Shown here: in pieces, positions 29,701 through 44,470 of the stretch
How the letters are laid out: every line of letters starts with the position of its first letter
Position numbering within the stretch: position 1 is the first letter of the stretch
NCBI GenBank assembly: GCA_964016885.1
Contig: OZ024750.1
Location: 31,062,001-31,126,000 of the forward strand
Reading direction: 5' to 3'
DNA: 64,000 nt
Source: Eledone cirrhosa
Lineage: Eukaryota
Position numbers and translations under genes: made by a program
Notes under the pieces: model-generated
Told to the model about the DNA's origin: nothing
Seen by the model: only the letters and a program-made list of their open reading frames with translations
Database searches by the model: none

Positions 29701-32700
29701 AGAAACCTCTCTCAGAAGAGATAGACCTAGTGTACACTAACATAACATGTAGAAACCTCTCTCAGAAGAGATAGACCGAGTGTACACTAACATAACATGT
29801 AGAAACCTCTCCCAGAAGAGATAAACCTAGTGTACACTAACATAACATGTAGAAACCTCTCCCAGAAGAGATAGACCTAGTGTACACTAACATAACATGT
29901 AGAAACCTCTCTCAGAAGGGATAGACCTAGTGTACACTAACATAACATGTAGAAACCTCTCTCAGAAGAGATAGACCTAGTGTACACTAACATAACATGT
30001 AGAAACCTCTCTCAGAAGAGAAAGACCTAGTGTACACTAACATAACATGTAGAAACCTCTCTCAGAAGAGATAGACCTAGTGTACAGTAACATAACATGT
30101 AGAAACCTCTCTCAGAAGAGATAGACCTAGTGTACACTAACATAACATGTAGAAACCTCTCCCAGAAGAGATAGACCTAGTGTACACTAACATAACATGT
30201 ACAGACCTCTCCCAGAAGAGATAGACCTAGTGTACACTAACATAACATGTACAGACCTCTCCCAGAAGAGATAGACCTAGTGTACACTGACATAACATGT
30301 AGAAACCTCTCTCAGAAGAGATAGACCTAGTGTACACTAACATAACATGTAGAAACCTCTCCCAGAAGAGATAGACCTAGTGTACACTAACATAACATGT
30401 ACAGACCTCTCCCAGAAGAGATAGACCTAGTGTACACTGACATAACATGTAGAAACCTCTCTCAGAAGAGATAGACCTAGTGTACACTAACATAACATGT
30501 AGAAACCTCTCCCAGAAGAGATAGACCTAGTGTACACTAACATAACATGTAGAAACCTCTCCCAGAAGAGATAGACCTAGTGTACACTAACATAACATGT
30601 AGAAACCTCTCTCAGAAGAGATAGACCTAGTGTACACTAACATAACATGTACAGACCTCTCTCAGAAGAGATAGACCTAGTGTACACTAACATAACATGT
30701 AGAAACCTCTCTCAGAAGAGATAGACCTAGTGTACACTAACATAACATGTAGAAACCTCTCTCAGAAGAGATAGACCGAGTGTACACTAACATAACATGT
30801 AGAAACCTCTCCCAGAAGAGATATACCTAGTGTACACTAACATAACATGTAGAAACCTCTCTCAGAAGAGATAGACCTAGTGTACACTAACATAACATGT
30901 AGAAACCTCTCTCAGAAGAGATAGACCTAGTGTACACTAACATAACATGTAGAAACCTCTCTCAGAAGAGATAGACCTAGTGTACACTAACATAACATGT
31001 ACAGACCTCTCTCAGAAGAGATAGACCTAGTGTACACTAACATAACATGTAGAAACCTCTCTCAGAAGAGATAAACCTAGTGTACACTAACATAACATGT
31101 AGAAACCTCTCTCAGAAGAGATAAACCTAGTGTACACTAACATAACATGTAGAAACCTCTCCCAGAAGAGAAAGACCTAGTGTACACTAACATAACATGT
31201 AGAAACCTCTCTCAGAAGAGATAGACTTAGTGTACACTAACATAACATGTAGAAACCTCTCTCAGAAGAGATAAACCTAGTGTACACTAACATAACATGT
31301 ACAGACCTCTCCCAGAAGAGATAGACCTAGTGTACACTAACATAACATGTAGAAACCTCTCTCAGAAGAGATAGACCTAGTGTACACTAACATAACATGT
31401 ACAGACCTCTCTCAGAAGAGATAGACCTAGTGTACACTAACATAACATGTAGAAACCTCTCTCAGAAGAGATAAACTTAGTGTACACTAACATAACATGT
31501 AGAAACCTCTCTCAGAAGAGATAAACCTAGTGTACACTAACATAACATGTAGAAACCTCTCCCAGAAGAGAAAGACCTAGTGTACACTAACATAACATGT
31601 AGAAACCTCTCTCAGAAGAGATAGACTTAGTGTACACTAACATAACATGTAGAAACCTCTCTCAGAAGAGATAAACCTAGTGTACACTAACATAACATGT
31701 ACAGACCTCTCCCAGAAGAGATAGACCTAGTGTACACTAACATAACATGTAGAAACCTCTCTCAGAAGAGATAGACCTAGTGTACACTAACATAACATGT
31801 AGAAACCTCTCCCAGAAGAGATAGACCTAGTGTACACTAACATAACATGTAGAAACCTCTCTCAGAAGAGATAGACCTAGTGTACACTAACATAACATGT
31901 ACAGACCTCTCTCAGAAGAGATAGACCTAGTGTACACTAACATAACATGTACAGACCTCTCTCAGAAGAGATAGACCTAGTCTACACTAACATAAGATGT
32001 ACAGACCTCTCTCAGAAGAGATAAACCTAGTGTACACTAACATAACATGTACAGACCTCTCTCAGAAGAGATAGACCTAGTGTACACTAACATAACATGT
32101 AGAAACCTCTCCCAGAAGAGATAAACCTAGTGTACACTAACATAACATGTACAGACCTCTCTCAGAAGAGATAAACCTAGTGTACACTAACATAACATGT
32201 AGAAACCTCTCCCAGAATAGATAAACCTAGTGTACACTAACATAACATGTAGAAACCTCTCCCAGAAGAGATAAACCTAGTGTACACTAACATAACATGT
32301 ACAGACCTCTCTCAGAAGAGATAAACCTAGTGTACACTAAAATAAGATGTACAGACCTCTCTCAGAAGAGATAGACCTACTGTACACTAACATAACATGT
32401 ACAGACCTCTCTCAGAAGAGATAGACCTAGTGTACACTAACATAACATGTAGAAACCTCTCTCAGAAGGGATAGACCTAGTGTACACTAACATAACATGT
32501 AGAAACCTCTCTCAGAAGGGATAGACCTAGTGTACACTAACATAACATGTAGAAACCTCTCCCAGAAGGGATAGACCTAGTGTACACTAACATAACATGT
32601 AGAAACCTCTCTCAGAAGGGATAGACCTAGTGTACACTAACATAACATGTAGAAACCTCTCTCAGAAGGGATAGACCTAGTGTACACTAACATAACATGT

Positions 32701-35700
32701 AGAAACCTCTCTCAGAAGGGATAGACCTAGTGTACACTAACATAACATGTAGAAACCTCTCTCAGAAGGGATAGACCTAGTGTACACTAACATAACATGT
32801 AGAAACCTCTCCCAGAAGAGATAGACCTAGTGTACACTAACATAACATGTAGAAACCTCTCTCAGAAGGGATAGACCTAGGGTACACTAACATAACATGT
32901 AGAAACCTCTCTCAGAAGGGATAGACCTAGTGTACACTAACATAACATGTAGAAACCTCTCCCAGAAGAGATAGACCTAGTGTACACTAACATAACATGT
33001 ACAGACCTCTCTCAGAAGAGATAGACCTAGTGTACACTAACATAACATGTACAGACCTCTCCCAGAAGAGATAGACCTAGTGTACACTAACATAACATGT
33101 AGAAACCTCTCCCAGAAGAGATAGACCTAGTGTACACTAACATAACATGTACAGACCTCTCTCAGAAGAGATAGACTTAGTGTACAGTAACATAACATGT
33201 ATAAACCTCTCTCAGAAGAGATAGACCTAGTGTACACTAACATAACATGTACAGACCTCTCTCAGAAGAGATAGACCTAGTGTACACTAACATAACATGT
33301 AGAAACCTCTCCCAGAAGAAATAGACCTAGTGTACACTAACATAACATGTACAGACCTCTCCCAGAAGAGATAGACCTAGTGTACACTAACATAACATGT
33401 AGAAACCTCTCTCAGAAGAGAGAGACCGAGTGTACACTAACATAACATGTAGAAACCTCTCCCAGAAGAGATAGACCTAGTGTACACTAACATAACATGT
33501 AGAAACCTCTCTCAGAAGAGATAGACCTAGTGTACACTAACATAACATGTAGAAACCTCTCTCAGAAGAGAAAGACCTAGTGTACACTAACATAACATGT
33601 AGAAACCTCTCTCAGAAGAGATAGACCTAGTGTACAGTAACATAACATGTAGAAACCTCTCTCAGAAGAGATAGACCTAGTGTACACTAACATAACATGT
33701 AGAAACCTCTCCCAGAAGAGATAGACCTAGTGTACACTAACATAACATGTACAGACCTCTCCCAGAAGAGATAGACCTAGTGTACACTAACATAACATGT
33801 ACAGACCTCTCCCAGAAGAGATAGACCTAGTGTACACTGACATAACATGTAGAAACCTCTCTCAGAAGAGATAGACCTAGTGTACACTAACATAACATGT
33901 AGAAACCTCTCCCAGAAGAGATAGACCTAGTGTACACTAACATAACATGTAGAAACCTCTCCCAGAAGAGATAGACCTAGTGTACACTAACATAACATGT
34001 AGAAACCTCTCTCAGAAGAGATAGACCTAGTGTACACTAACATAACATGTACAGACCTCTCTCAGAAGAGATAGACCTAGTGTACACTAACATAACATGT
34101 AGAAACCTCTCTCAGAAGAGATAGACCTAGTGTACACTAACATAACATGTAGAAACCTCTCTCAGAAGAGATAGACCGAGTGTACACTAACATAACATGT
34201 AGAAACCTCTCCCAGAAGAGATATACCTAGTGTACACTAACATAACATGTAGAAACCTCTCTCAGAAGAGATAGACCTAGTGTACACTAACATAACATGT
34301 AGAAACCTCTCTCAGAAGAGATAGACCTAGTGTACACTAACATAACATGTAGAAACCTCTCTCAGAAGAGATAGACCTAGTGTACACTAACATAACATGT
34401 ACAGACCTCTCTCAGAAGAGATAGACCTAGTGTACACTAACATAACATGTAGAAACCTCTCTCAGAAGAGATAAACCTAGTGTACACTAACATAACATGT
34501 AGAAACCTCTCTCAGAAGAGATAAACCTAGTGTACACTAACATAACATGTAGAAACCTCTCCCAGAAGAGAAAGACCTAGTGTACACTAACATAACATGT
34601 AGAAACCTCTCTCAGAAGAGATAGACTTAGTGTACACTAACATAACATGTAGAAACCTCTCTCAGAAGAGATAAACCTAGTGTACACTAACATAACATGT
34701 ACAGACCTCTCCCAGAAGAGATAGACCTAGTGTACACTAACATAACATGTAGAAACCTCTCTCAGAAGAGATAGACCTAGTGTACACTAACATAACATGT
34801 ACAGACCTCTCTCAGAAGAGATAGACCTAGTGTACACTAACATAACATGTAGAAACCTCTCTCAGAAGAGATAAACCTAGTGTACACTAACATAACATGT
34901 AGAAACCTCTCTCAGAAGAGATAAACCTAGTGTACACTAACATAACATGTAGAAACCTCTCCCAGAAGAGAAAGACCTAGTGTACACTAACATAACATGT
35001 AGAAACCTCTCTCAGAAGAGATAGACTTAGTGTACACTAACATAACATGTAGAAACCTCTCTCAGAAGAGATAAACCTAGTGTACACTAACATAACATGT
35101 ACAGACCTCTCCCAGAAGAGATAGACCTAGTGTACACTAACATAACATGTAGAAACCTCTCTCAGAAGAGATAGACCTAGTGTACACTAACATAACATGT
35201 AGAAACCTCTCCCAGAAGAGATAGACCTAGTGTACACTAACATAACATGTAGAAACCTCTCTCAGAAGAGATAGACCTAGTGTACACTAACATAACATGT
35301 ACAGACCTCTCTCAGAAGAGATAGACTTAGTGTACACTAACATAACATGTAGAAACCTCTCTCAGAAGAGATAGACCTAGTGTACACTAACATAACATGT
35401 ACAGACCTCTCCCAGAAGAGATAGACCTAGTGTACACTAAAATAAGATGTACAGACCTCTCTCAGAAGAGATAGACCTAGTGTACACTAACATAACATGT
35501 ACAGACCTCTCTCAGAAGAGATAGACCTAGTGTACACTAACATAACATGTACAGACCTCTGTCAGAAGAGATAGACCTAGTGTACACTAACATAACATGT
35601 ACAGACCTCTCTCAGAAGAGATAGACCTAGTGTACACTAACATAACATGTACAGACCTCTCTCAGAAGAGATAGACCTAGTCTACACTAACATAAGATGT

Positions 35701-38700
35701 ACAGACCTCTCTCAGAAGAGATAAACCTAGTGTACACTAACATAACATGTACAGACCTCTCTCAGAAGAGATAGACCTAGTGTACACTAACATAACATGT
35801 AGAAACCTCTCCCAGAAGAGATAAACCTAGTGTACACTAACATAACATGTACAGACCTCTCTCAGAAGAGATAAACCTAGTGTACACTAACATAACATGT
35901 AGAAACCTCTCCCAGAATAGATAAACCTAGTGTACACTAACATAACATGTAGAAACCTCTCCCAGAAGAGATAAACCTAGTGTACACTAACATAACATGT
36001 ACAGACCTCTCTCAGAAGAGATAAACCTAGTGTACACTAAAATAAGATGTACAGACCTCTCTCAGAAGAGATAGACCTACTGTACACTAACATAACATGT
36101 ACAGACCTCTCTCAGAAGAGATAGACCTAGTGTACACTAACATAACATGTAGAAACCTCTCTCAGAAGGGATAGACCTAGTGTACACTAACATAACATGT
36201 AGAAACCTCTCTCAGAAGGGATAGACCTAGTGTACACTAACATAACATGTAGAAACCTCTCCCAGAAGGGATAGACCTAGTGTACACTAACATAACATGT
36301 AGAAACCTCTCTCAGAAGGGATAGACCTAGTGTACACTAACATAACATGTAGAAACCTCTCTCAGAAGGGATAGACCTAGTGTACACTAACATAACATGT
36401 AGAAACCTCTCTCAGAAGGGATAGACCTAGTGTACACTAACATAACATGTAGAAACCTCTCTCAGAAGGGATAGACCTAGTGTACACTAACATAACATGT
36501 AGAAACCTCTCCCAGAAGAGATAGACCTAGTGTACACTAACATAACATGTAGAAACCTCTCTCAGAAGGGATAGACCTAGGGTACACTAACATAACATGT
36601 AGAAACCTCTCTCAGAAGGGATAGACCTAGTGTACACTAACATAACATGTAGAAACCTCTCCCAGAAGAGATAGACCTAGTGTACACTAACATAACATGT
36701 ACAGACCTCTCTCAGAAGAGATAGACCTAGTGTACACTAACATAACATGTACAGACCTCTCCCAGAAGAGATAGACCTAGTGTACACTAACATAACATGT
36801 AGAAACCTCTCCCAGAAGAGATAGACCTAGTGTACACTAACATAACATGTACAGACCTCTCTCAGAAGAGATAGACTTAGTGTACACTAACATAACATGT
36901 ATAAACCTCTCTCAGAAGAGATAGACCTAGTGTACACTAACATAACATGTACAGACCTCTCTCAGAAGAGATAGACCTAGTGTACACTAACATAACATGT
37001 AGAAACCTCTCTCAGAAGAGAGAGACCGAGTGTACACTAACATAACATGTAGAAACCTCTCCCAGAAGAGATAGACCTAGTGTACACTAACATAACATGT
37101 AGAAACCTCTCTCAGAAGAGATAGACCTAGTGTACACTAACATAACATGTAGAAACCTCTCTCAGAAGAGAAAGACCTAGTGTACACTAACATAACATGT
37201 AGAAACCTCTCTCAGAAGAGATAGACCTAGTGTACACTAACATAACATGTAGAAACCTCTCTCAGAAGAGATAAACCTAGTGTACACTAACATAACATGT
37301 ACAGACCTCTCCCAGAAGAGATAGACCTAGTGTACACTGACATAACATGTAGAAACCTCTCTCAGAAGAGATAGACCTAGTGTACACTAACATAACATGT
37401 AGAAACCTCTCCCAGAAGAGATAGACCTAGTGTACACTAACATAACATGTAGAAACCTCTCCCAGAAGAGATAGACCTAGTGTACACTAACATAACATGT
37501 AGAAACCTCTCTCAGAAGAGATAGACCTAGTGTACACTAACATAACATATACAGACCTCTCTCAGAAGAGATAGACCTAGTGTACACTAACATAACATGT
37601 AGAAACCTCTCTCAGAAGAGATAAACCTAGTGTACACTAACATAACATGTAGAAACCTCTCTCAGAAGAGATAGACCGAGTGTACACTAACATAACATGT
37701 AGAAACCTCTCCCAGAAGAGATATACCTAGTGTACACTAACATAACATGTAGAAACCTCTCTCAGAAGAGATAGACCTAGTGTACACTAACATAACATGT
37801 AGAAACCTCTCTCAGAAGAGATAGACCTAGTGTACACTAACATAACATGTAGAAACCTCTCTCAGAAGAGATAGACCTAGTGTACACTAACATAACATGT
37901 ACAGACCTCTCTCAGAAGAGATAGACCTAGTGTACACTAACATAACATGTAGAAACCTCTCTCAGAAGAGATAAACCTAGTGTACACTAACATAACATGT
38001 AGAAACCTCTCTCAGAAGAGATAAACCTAGTGTACACTAACATAACATGTAGAAACCTCTCCCAGAAGAGAAAGACCTAGTGTACACTAACATAACATGT
38101 AGAAACCTCTCTCAGAAGAGATAGACCTAGTGTACACTAACATAACATGTAGAAACCTCTCTCAGAAGAGATAAACCTAGTGTACACTAACATAACATGT
38201 ACAGACCTCTCCCAGAAGAGATAGACCTAGTGTACACTAACATAACATGTAGAAACCTCTCTCAGAAGAGATAGACCTAGTGTACACTAACATAACATGT
38301 AGAAACCTCTCCCAGAAGAGATAGACCTAGTGTACACTAACATAACATGTAGAAACCTCTCTCAGAAGAGATAGACCTAGTGTACACTAACATAACATGT
38401 AGAAACCTCTCCGAGAAGAGATAGACCTAGTGTACACTAACATAACATGTACAGACCTCTCCCAGAAGAGATAGACCTAGTGTACACTAACATAACATGT
38501 ACAGACGTCTCCCAGAAGAGATAGACCTAGTGTACACTAACATAACATGTAGAAACCTCTCTCAGAAGAGATAAACCTAGTATACACTAACATAACATGT
38601 ACAGACCTCTCTCAGAAGAGATAGACCTAGTGTACACTAACATAACATGTAGAAACCTCTCTCAGAAGAGATAGACCTAGTGTACACTAACATAACATGT

Positions 38701-41700
38701 AGAAACCTCTCTCAGAAGAGATAAACCTAGTGTACACTAACATAACATGTAGAAACCTCTCTCAGAAGAGGTAAACCTAGTGTACACTAACATAACATGT
38801 ACAGACCTCTCTCAGAAGAGATAGACCTAGTGTACACTAACATAACATGTAGAAACCTCTCTCAGAAGAGATAGACCTAGTGTACACTAACATAAGATGT
38901 ACAGACCTCTCCCAGAAGAGATAGACCTAGTGTACACTAACATAACATGTAGAAACCTCTCCCAGAAGAGATAGACCTAGTGTACACTAACATAACATGT
39001 AGAAACCTCTCCCAGAAGAGATAAACCTAGTGTACACTAACATAACATGTACAGACCTCTCTCAGAAGAGATAGACCTAGTGTACACTAACATAACACGT
39101 AGAAACCTCTCCCAGAAGAGATAGACCTAGTGTACACTAACATAACATGTAGAAACCTCTCTCAGAAGAGATAGACCTAGTGTACACTAACATAACATGT
39201 ACAGACCTCTCCCAGAAGAGATAGACCTAGTGTACACTAAAATAAGATGTACAGACCTCTCTCAGAAGAGATAGACCTAGTGTACACTAACATAACATGT
39301 AGAAACCTCTCCCAGAAGAGATAGACCTAGTGTACACTAACATAAGATGTACAGACCTCTCCCAGAAGAGATAGACCTAGTGTACACTAACATAACATGT
39401 AGAAACCTCTCCCAGAAGAGATAGACCTAGTGTACAATAACATAAGATGTACAGACCTCTCTCAGAAGAGATAGACCTCGTGTACACTAACATAACATGT
39501 AGAAACCTCTCCCAGAAGAGATAGACCTAGTGTACACTAACATAACATGTACAGACCTCTCCCAGAAGAGATAGACCTAGTGTACACTAACATAACATGT
39601 AGAAACCTCTCTCAGAAGGGATAGACCTAGTGTACACTAACATAACATGTACAGACCTCTCTCAGAAGAGATAGACCTAGTGTACACTAACATAACATGT
39701 ACAGACCTCTCTCAGAAGAGATAGACCTAGTGTACACTAACATAAGATGTACAGACCTCTCTCAGAAGAGATAGACCTAGTGTACACTAACATAACATGT
39801 ACAGACCTCTCTCAGAAGAGATAGACCTAGTGTACACTAACATAACATGTACAGACCTCTCTCAGAAGAGATAGACCTAGTCTACACTAACATAAGATGT
39901 ACAGACCTCTCTCAGAAGAGATAAACCTAGTGTACACTAACATAACATGTACAGACCTCTCTCAGAAGAGATAGACCTAGTGTACACTAACATAACATGT
40001 AGAAACTTCTCCCAGAAGAGATAAACCTAGTGTACACTAACATAACATGTACAGACCTCTCTCAGAAGAGATAAACCTAGTGTACACTAACATAACATGT
40101 AGAAACCTCTCCCAGAATAGATAAACCTAGTGTACACTAACATAACATGTAGAAACCTCTCCCAGAAGAGATAAACCTAGTGTACACTAACATAACATGT
40201 ACAGACCTCTCTCAGAAGAGATAAACCTAGTGTACACTAAAATAAGATGTACAGACCTCTCTCAGAAGAGATAGACCTAGTGTACACTAACATAACATGT
40301 ACAGACCTCTCTCAGAAGAGATAGACCTAGTGTACACTAACATAACATGTAGAAACCTCTCTCAGAAGGGATAGACCTAGTGTACACTAACATAACATGT
40401 AGAAACCTCTCTCAGAAGGGATAGACCTAGTGTACACTAACATAACATGTAGAAACCTCTCCCAGAAGGGATAGACCTAGTGTACACTAACATAACATGT
40501 AGAAACCTCTCTCAGAAGGGATAGACCTAGTGTACACTAACATAACATGTAGAAACCTCTCTCAGAAGGGATAGACCTAGTGTACACTAACATAACATGT
40601 AGAAACCTCTCTCAGAAGGGATAGACCTAGTGTACACTAACATAACATGTAGAAACCTCTCTCAGAAGGGATAGACCTAGTGTACACTAACATAACATGT
40701 AGAAACCTCTCCCAGAAGAGATAGACCTAGTGTACACTAACATAACATGTAGAAACCTCTCTCAGAAGGGATAGACCTAGGGTACACTAACATAACATGT
40801 AGAAACCTCTCTCAGAAGGGATAAACCTAGTGTACACTAACATAACATGTAGAAACCTCTCCCAGAAGAGATAGACCTAGTGTACACTAACATAACATGT
40901 ACAGACCTCTCTCGGAAGAGATAGACCTAGTGTACACTAACATAACATGTACAGACCTCTCTCAGAAGAGATAGACCTAGTGTACACTAACATAACATGT
41001 AGAAACCTCTCTCAGAATAGATAGACCGAGTGTACACTAACATAACATGTAGAAACCTCTCCCAGAAGAGATAGACCTAGTGTACACTAACATAACATGT
41101 AGAAACCTCTCTCAGAAGGGATAGACCTAGTGTACACTAACATAACATGTAGAAACCTCTCTCAGAAGAGATAGACCTAGTGTACACTAACATAACATGT
41201 AGAAACCTCTCTCAGAAGGGATAGACCTAGTGTACACTAACATAACATGTAGAAACCTCTCTCAGAAGAGATAGACCTAGTGTACACTAACATAACATGT
41301 AGAAACCTCTCTCAGAAGAGATAGACCTAGTGTACACTAACATAACATGTAGAAACCTCTCTCAGAAGAGATAAACCTAGTGTACACTAACATAACATGT
41401 AGAAACCTCTCTCAGAAGAGATAGACCGAGTGTACACTAACATAACATGTAGAAACCTCTCCCAGAAGAGATAGACCTAGTGTAAACTAACATAACATGT
41501 AGAAACCTCTCTCAGAAGAGATAGACCTAGTGTACATTAACATAACATGTAGAAACCTCTCTCAGAAGAGAAAGACCTAGTGTACACTAACATAACATGT
41601 AGAAACCTCTCTCAGAAGAGATAAACCTAGTGTACACTAACATAACATGTAGAAACCTCTCCCAGAAGAGAAAGACCTAGTGTACACTAACATAACATGT

Positions 41701-44470
41701 AGAAACCTCTCTCAGAAGAGATAGACCTAGTGTACACTAACATAACATGTAGAAACCTCTCCCAGAAGAGATAAACCTAGTGTACACTAACATAACATGT
41801 ACAGACCTCTCTCAGAAGAGATAGACCTAGTGTACACTAACATAACACGTAGAAACCTCTCCCAGAAGAGATAGACCTAGTGTACACTAACATAACATGT
41901 AGAAACCTCTCTCAGAAGAGATAGACCTAGTGTACACTAACATAACATGTACAGACCTCTCCCAGAAGAGATAGACCTAGTGTACACTAAAATAAGATGT
42001 ACAGACCTCTCTCAGAAGAGATAGACCTAGTGTACACTAACATAACATGTAGAAACCTCTCCCAGAAGAGATAGACCTAGTGTACAATAACATAAGATGT
42101 ACAGACCTCTCTCAGAAGAGATAGACCTCGTGTACACTAACATAACATGTAGAAACCTCTCCCAGAAGAGATAGACCTAGTGTACACTAACATAACATGT
42201 ACAGACCTCTCCCAGAAGAGATAGACCTAGTGTACACTAAAATAAGATGTACAGACCTCTCTCAGAAGAGATAGACCTAGTGTACACTAACATAACATGT
42301 ACAGACCTCTCTCAGAAGAGATAGACCTAGTGTACACTAACATAACATGTACAGACCTCTCTCAGAAGAGATAGACCTAGTGTACACTAACATAACATGT
42401 ACAGACCTCTCTCAGAAGAGATAGACCTAGTGTACACTAACATAACATGTACAGACCTCTCTCAGAAGAGATAGACCTAGTCTACACTAACATAAGATGT
42501 ACAGACCTCTCTCAGAAGAGATAAACCTAGTGTACACTAACATAACATGTACAGACCTCTCTCAGAAGAGATAGACCTAGTGTACACTAACATAACATGT
42601 AGAAACCTCTCCCAGAAGAGATAAACCTAGTGTACACTAACATAACATGTACAGACCTCTCTCAGAAGAGATAAACCTAGTGTACACTAACATAACATGT
42701 AGAAACCTCTCCCAGAATAGATAAACCTAGTGTACACTAACATAACATGTAGAAACCTCTCCCAGAAGAGATAAACCTAGTGTACACTAACATAACATGT
42801 ACAGACCTCTCTCAGAAGAGATAAACCTAGTGTACACTAAAATAAGATGTACAGACCTCTCTCAGAAGAGATAGACCTAGTGTACACTAACATAACATGT
42901 ACAGACCTCTCTCAGAAGAGATAGACCTAGTGTACACTAACATAACATGTAGAAACCTCTCTCAGAAGGGATAGACCTAGCGTACACTAACATAACATGT
43001 AGAAACCTCTCTCAGAAGGGATAGACCTAGTGTACACTAACATAACATGTAGAAACCTCTCCCAGAAGGGATAGACCTAGTGTACACTAACATAACATGT
43101 AGAAACCTCTCTCAGAAGGGATAGACCTAGTGTACACTAACATAACATGTAGAAACCTCTCTCAGAAGGGATAGACCTAGTGTACACAAACATAACATGT
43201 AGAAACCTCTCTCAGAAGGGATAGACCTAGTGTACACTAACATAACATGTAGAAACCTCTCTCAGAAGGGATAGACCTAGTGTACACTAACATAACATGT
43301 AGAAACCTCTCCCAGAAGAGATAGACCTAGTGTACACTAACATAACATGTAGAAACCTCTCTCAGAAGGGATAGACCTAGTGTACACTAACATAACATGT
43401 AGAAACCTCTCTCAGAAGGGATAAACCTAGTGTACACTAACATAACATGTAGAAACCTCTCCCAGAAGAGATAGACCTAGTGTACACTAACATAACATGT
43501 ACAGACCTCTCTCGGAAGAGATAGACCTAGTGTACACTAACATAACATGTACAGACCTCTCTCAGAAGAGATAGACTTAGTGTACACTAACATAACATGT
43601 AGAAACCTCTCTCAGAAGAGATAGACCTAGTGTACACTAACATAACATGTACAGACCTCTCTCAGAAGAGATAGACCTAGTGTACACTAACATAACATGT
43701 AGAAACCTCTCTCAGAAGAGATAGACCGAGTGTACACTAACATAACATGTAGAAACCTCTCCCAGAAGAGATAGACCTAGTGTACACTAACATAACATGT
43801 AGAAACCTCTCTCAGAAGGGATAGACCTAGTGTACACTAACATAACATGTAGAAACCTCTCTCAGAAGAGATAGACCTAGTGTACACTAACATAACATGT
43901 AGAAACCTCTCTCAGAAGGGATAGACCTAGTGTACACTAACATAACATGTAGAAACCTCTCTCAGAAGAGATAGACCTAGTGTACACTAACATAACATGT
44001 AGAAACCTCTCTCAGAAGAGATAGACCTAGTGTACACTAACATAACATGTAGAAACCTCTCTCAGAAGAGATAAACCTAGTGTACACTAACATAACATGT
44101 AGAAACCTCTCTCAGAAGAGATAGACCGAGTGTACACTAACATAACATGTAGAAACCTCTCCCAGAAGAGATAGACCTAGTGTACACTAACATAACATGT
44201 AGAAACCTCTCTCAGAAGAGATAGACCTAGTGTACCCTAACACAACATGTAGAAACCTCTCTCAGAAGAGAAAGACCTAGTGTACACTAACATAACATGT
44301 AGAAACCTCTCTCAGAAGAGATAAACCTAGTGTACACTAACATAACATGTAGAAACCTCTCCCAGAAGAGAAAGACCTAGTGTACACTAACATAACATGT
44401 AGAAACCTCTCTCAGAAGAGATAGACCTAGTGTACACTAACATAACATGTAGAAACCTCTCTCAGAAGAG
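15470..44470. repeat. Large near-tandem duplication, ~15470-29770 versus ~29920-44470 (offset 14450/14600/14700 bp)
   Basis: Offset 14450: TGTACAGTAA 15631/30081. Offset 14600: ATAAACTTAG 16871/31471, GTCAGAAG 20961/35561, CCGAGAAG 23811/38411, GTAAACC 24171/38771. Offset 14700: AGAAACTTCT 25301/40001, TGTAAACTAA 26781/41481, CGTACAC 28281/42981, TGTACCCTAACACAAC 29531/44231. Confidence 0.92.
16350..17200. repeat. Small internal duplication with period 400 bp (8 monomers), itself copied in the larger duplications
   Basis: AAAGACC 16571/16971 and ATAGACTTAG 16621/17021. The same doublet reappears at 19971/20371, 31171/31571 and 34571/34971. Confidence 0.85.
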
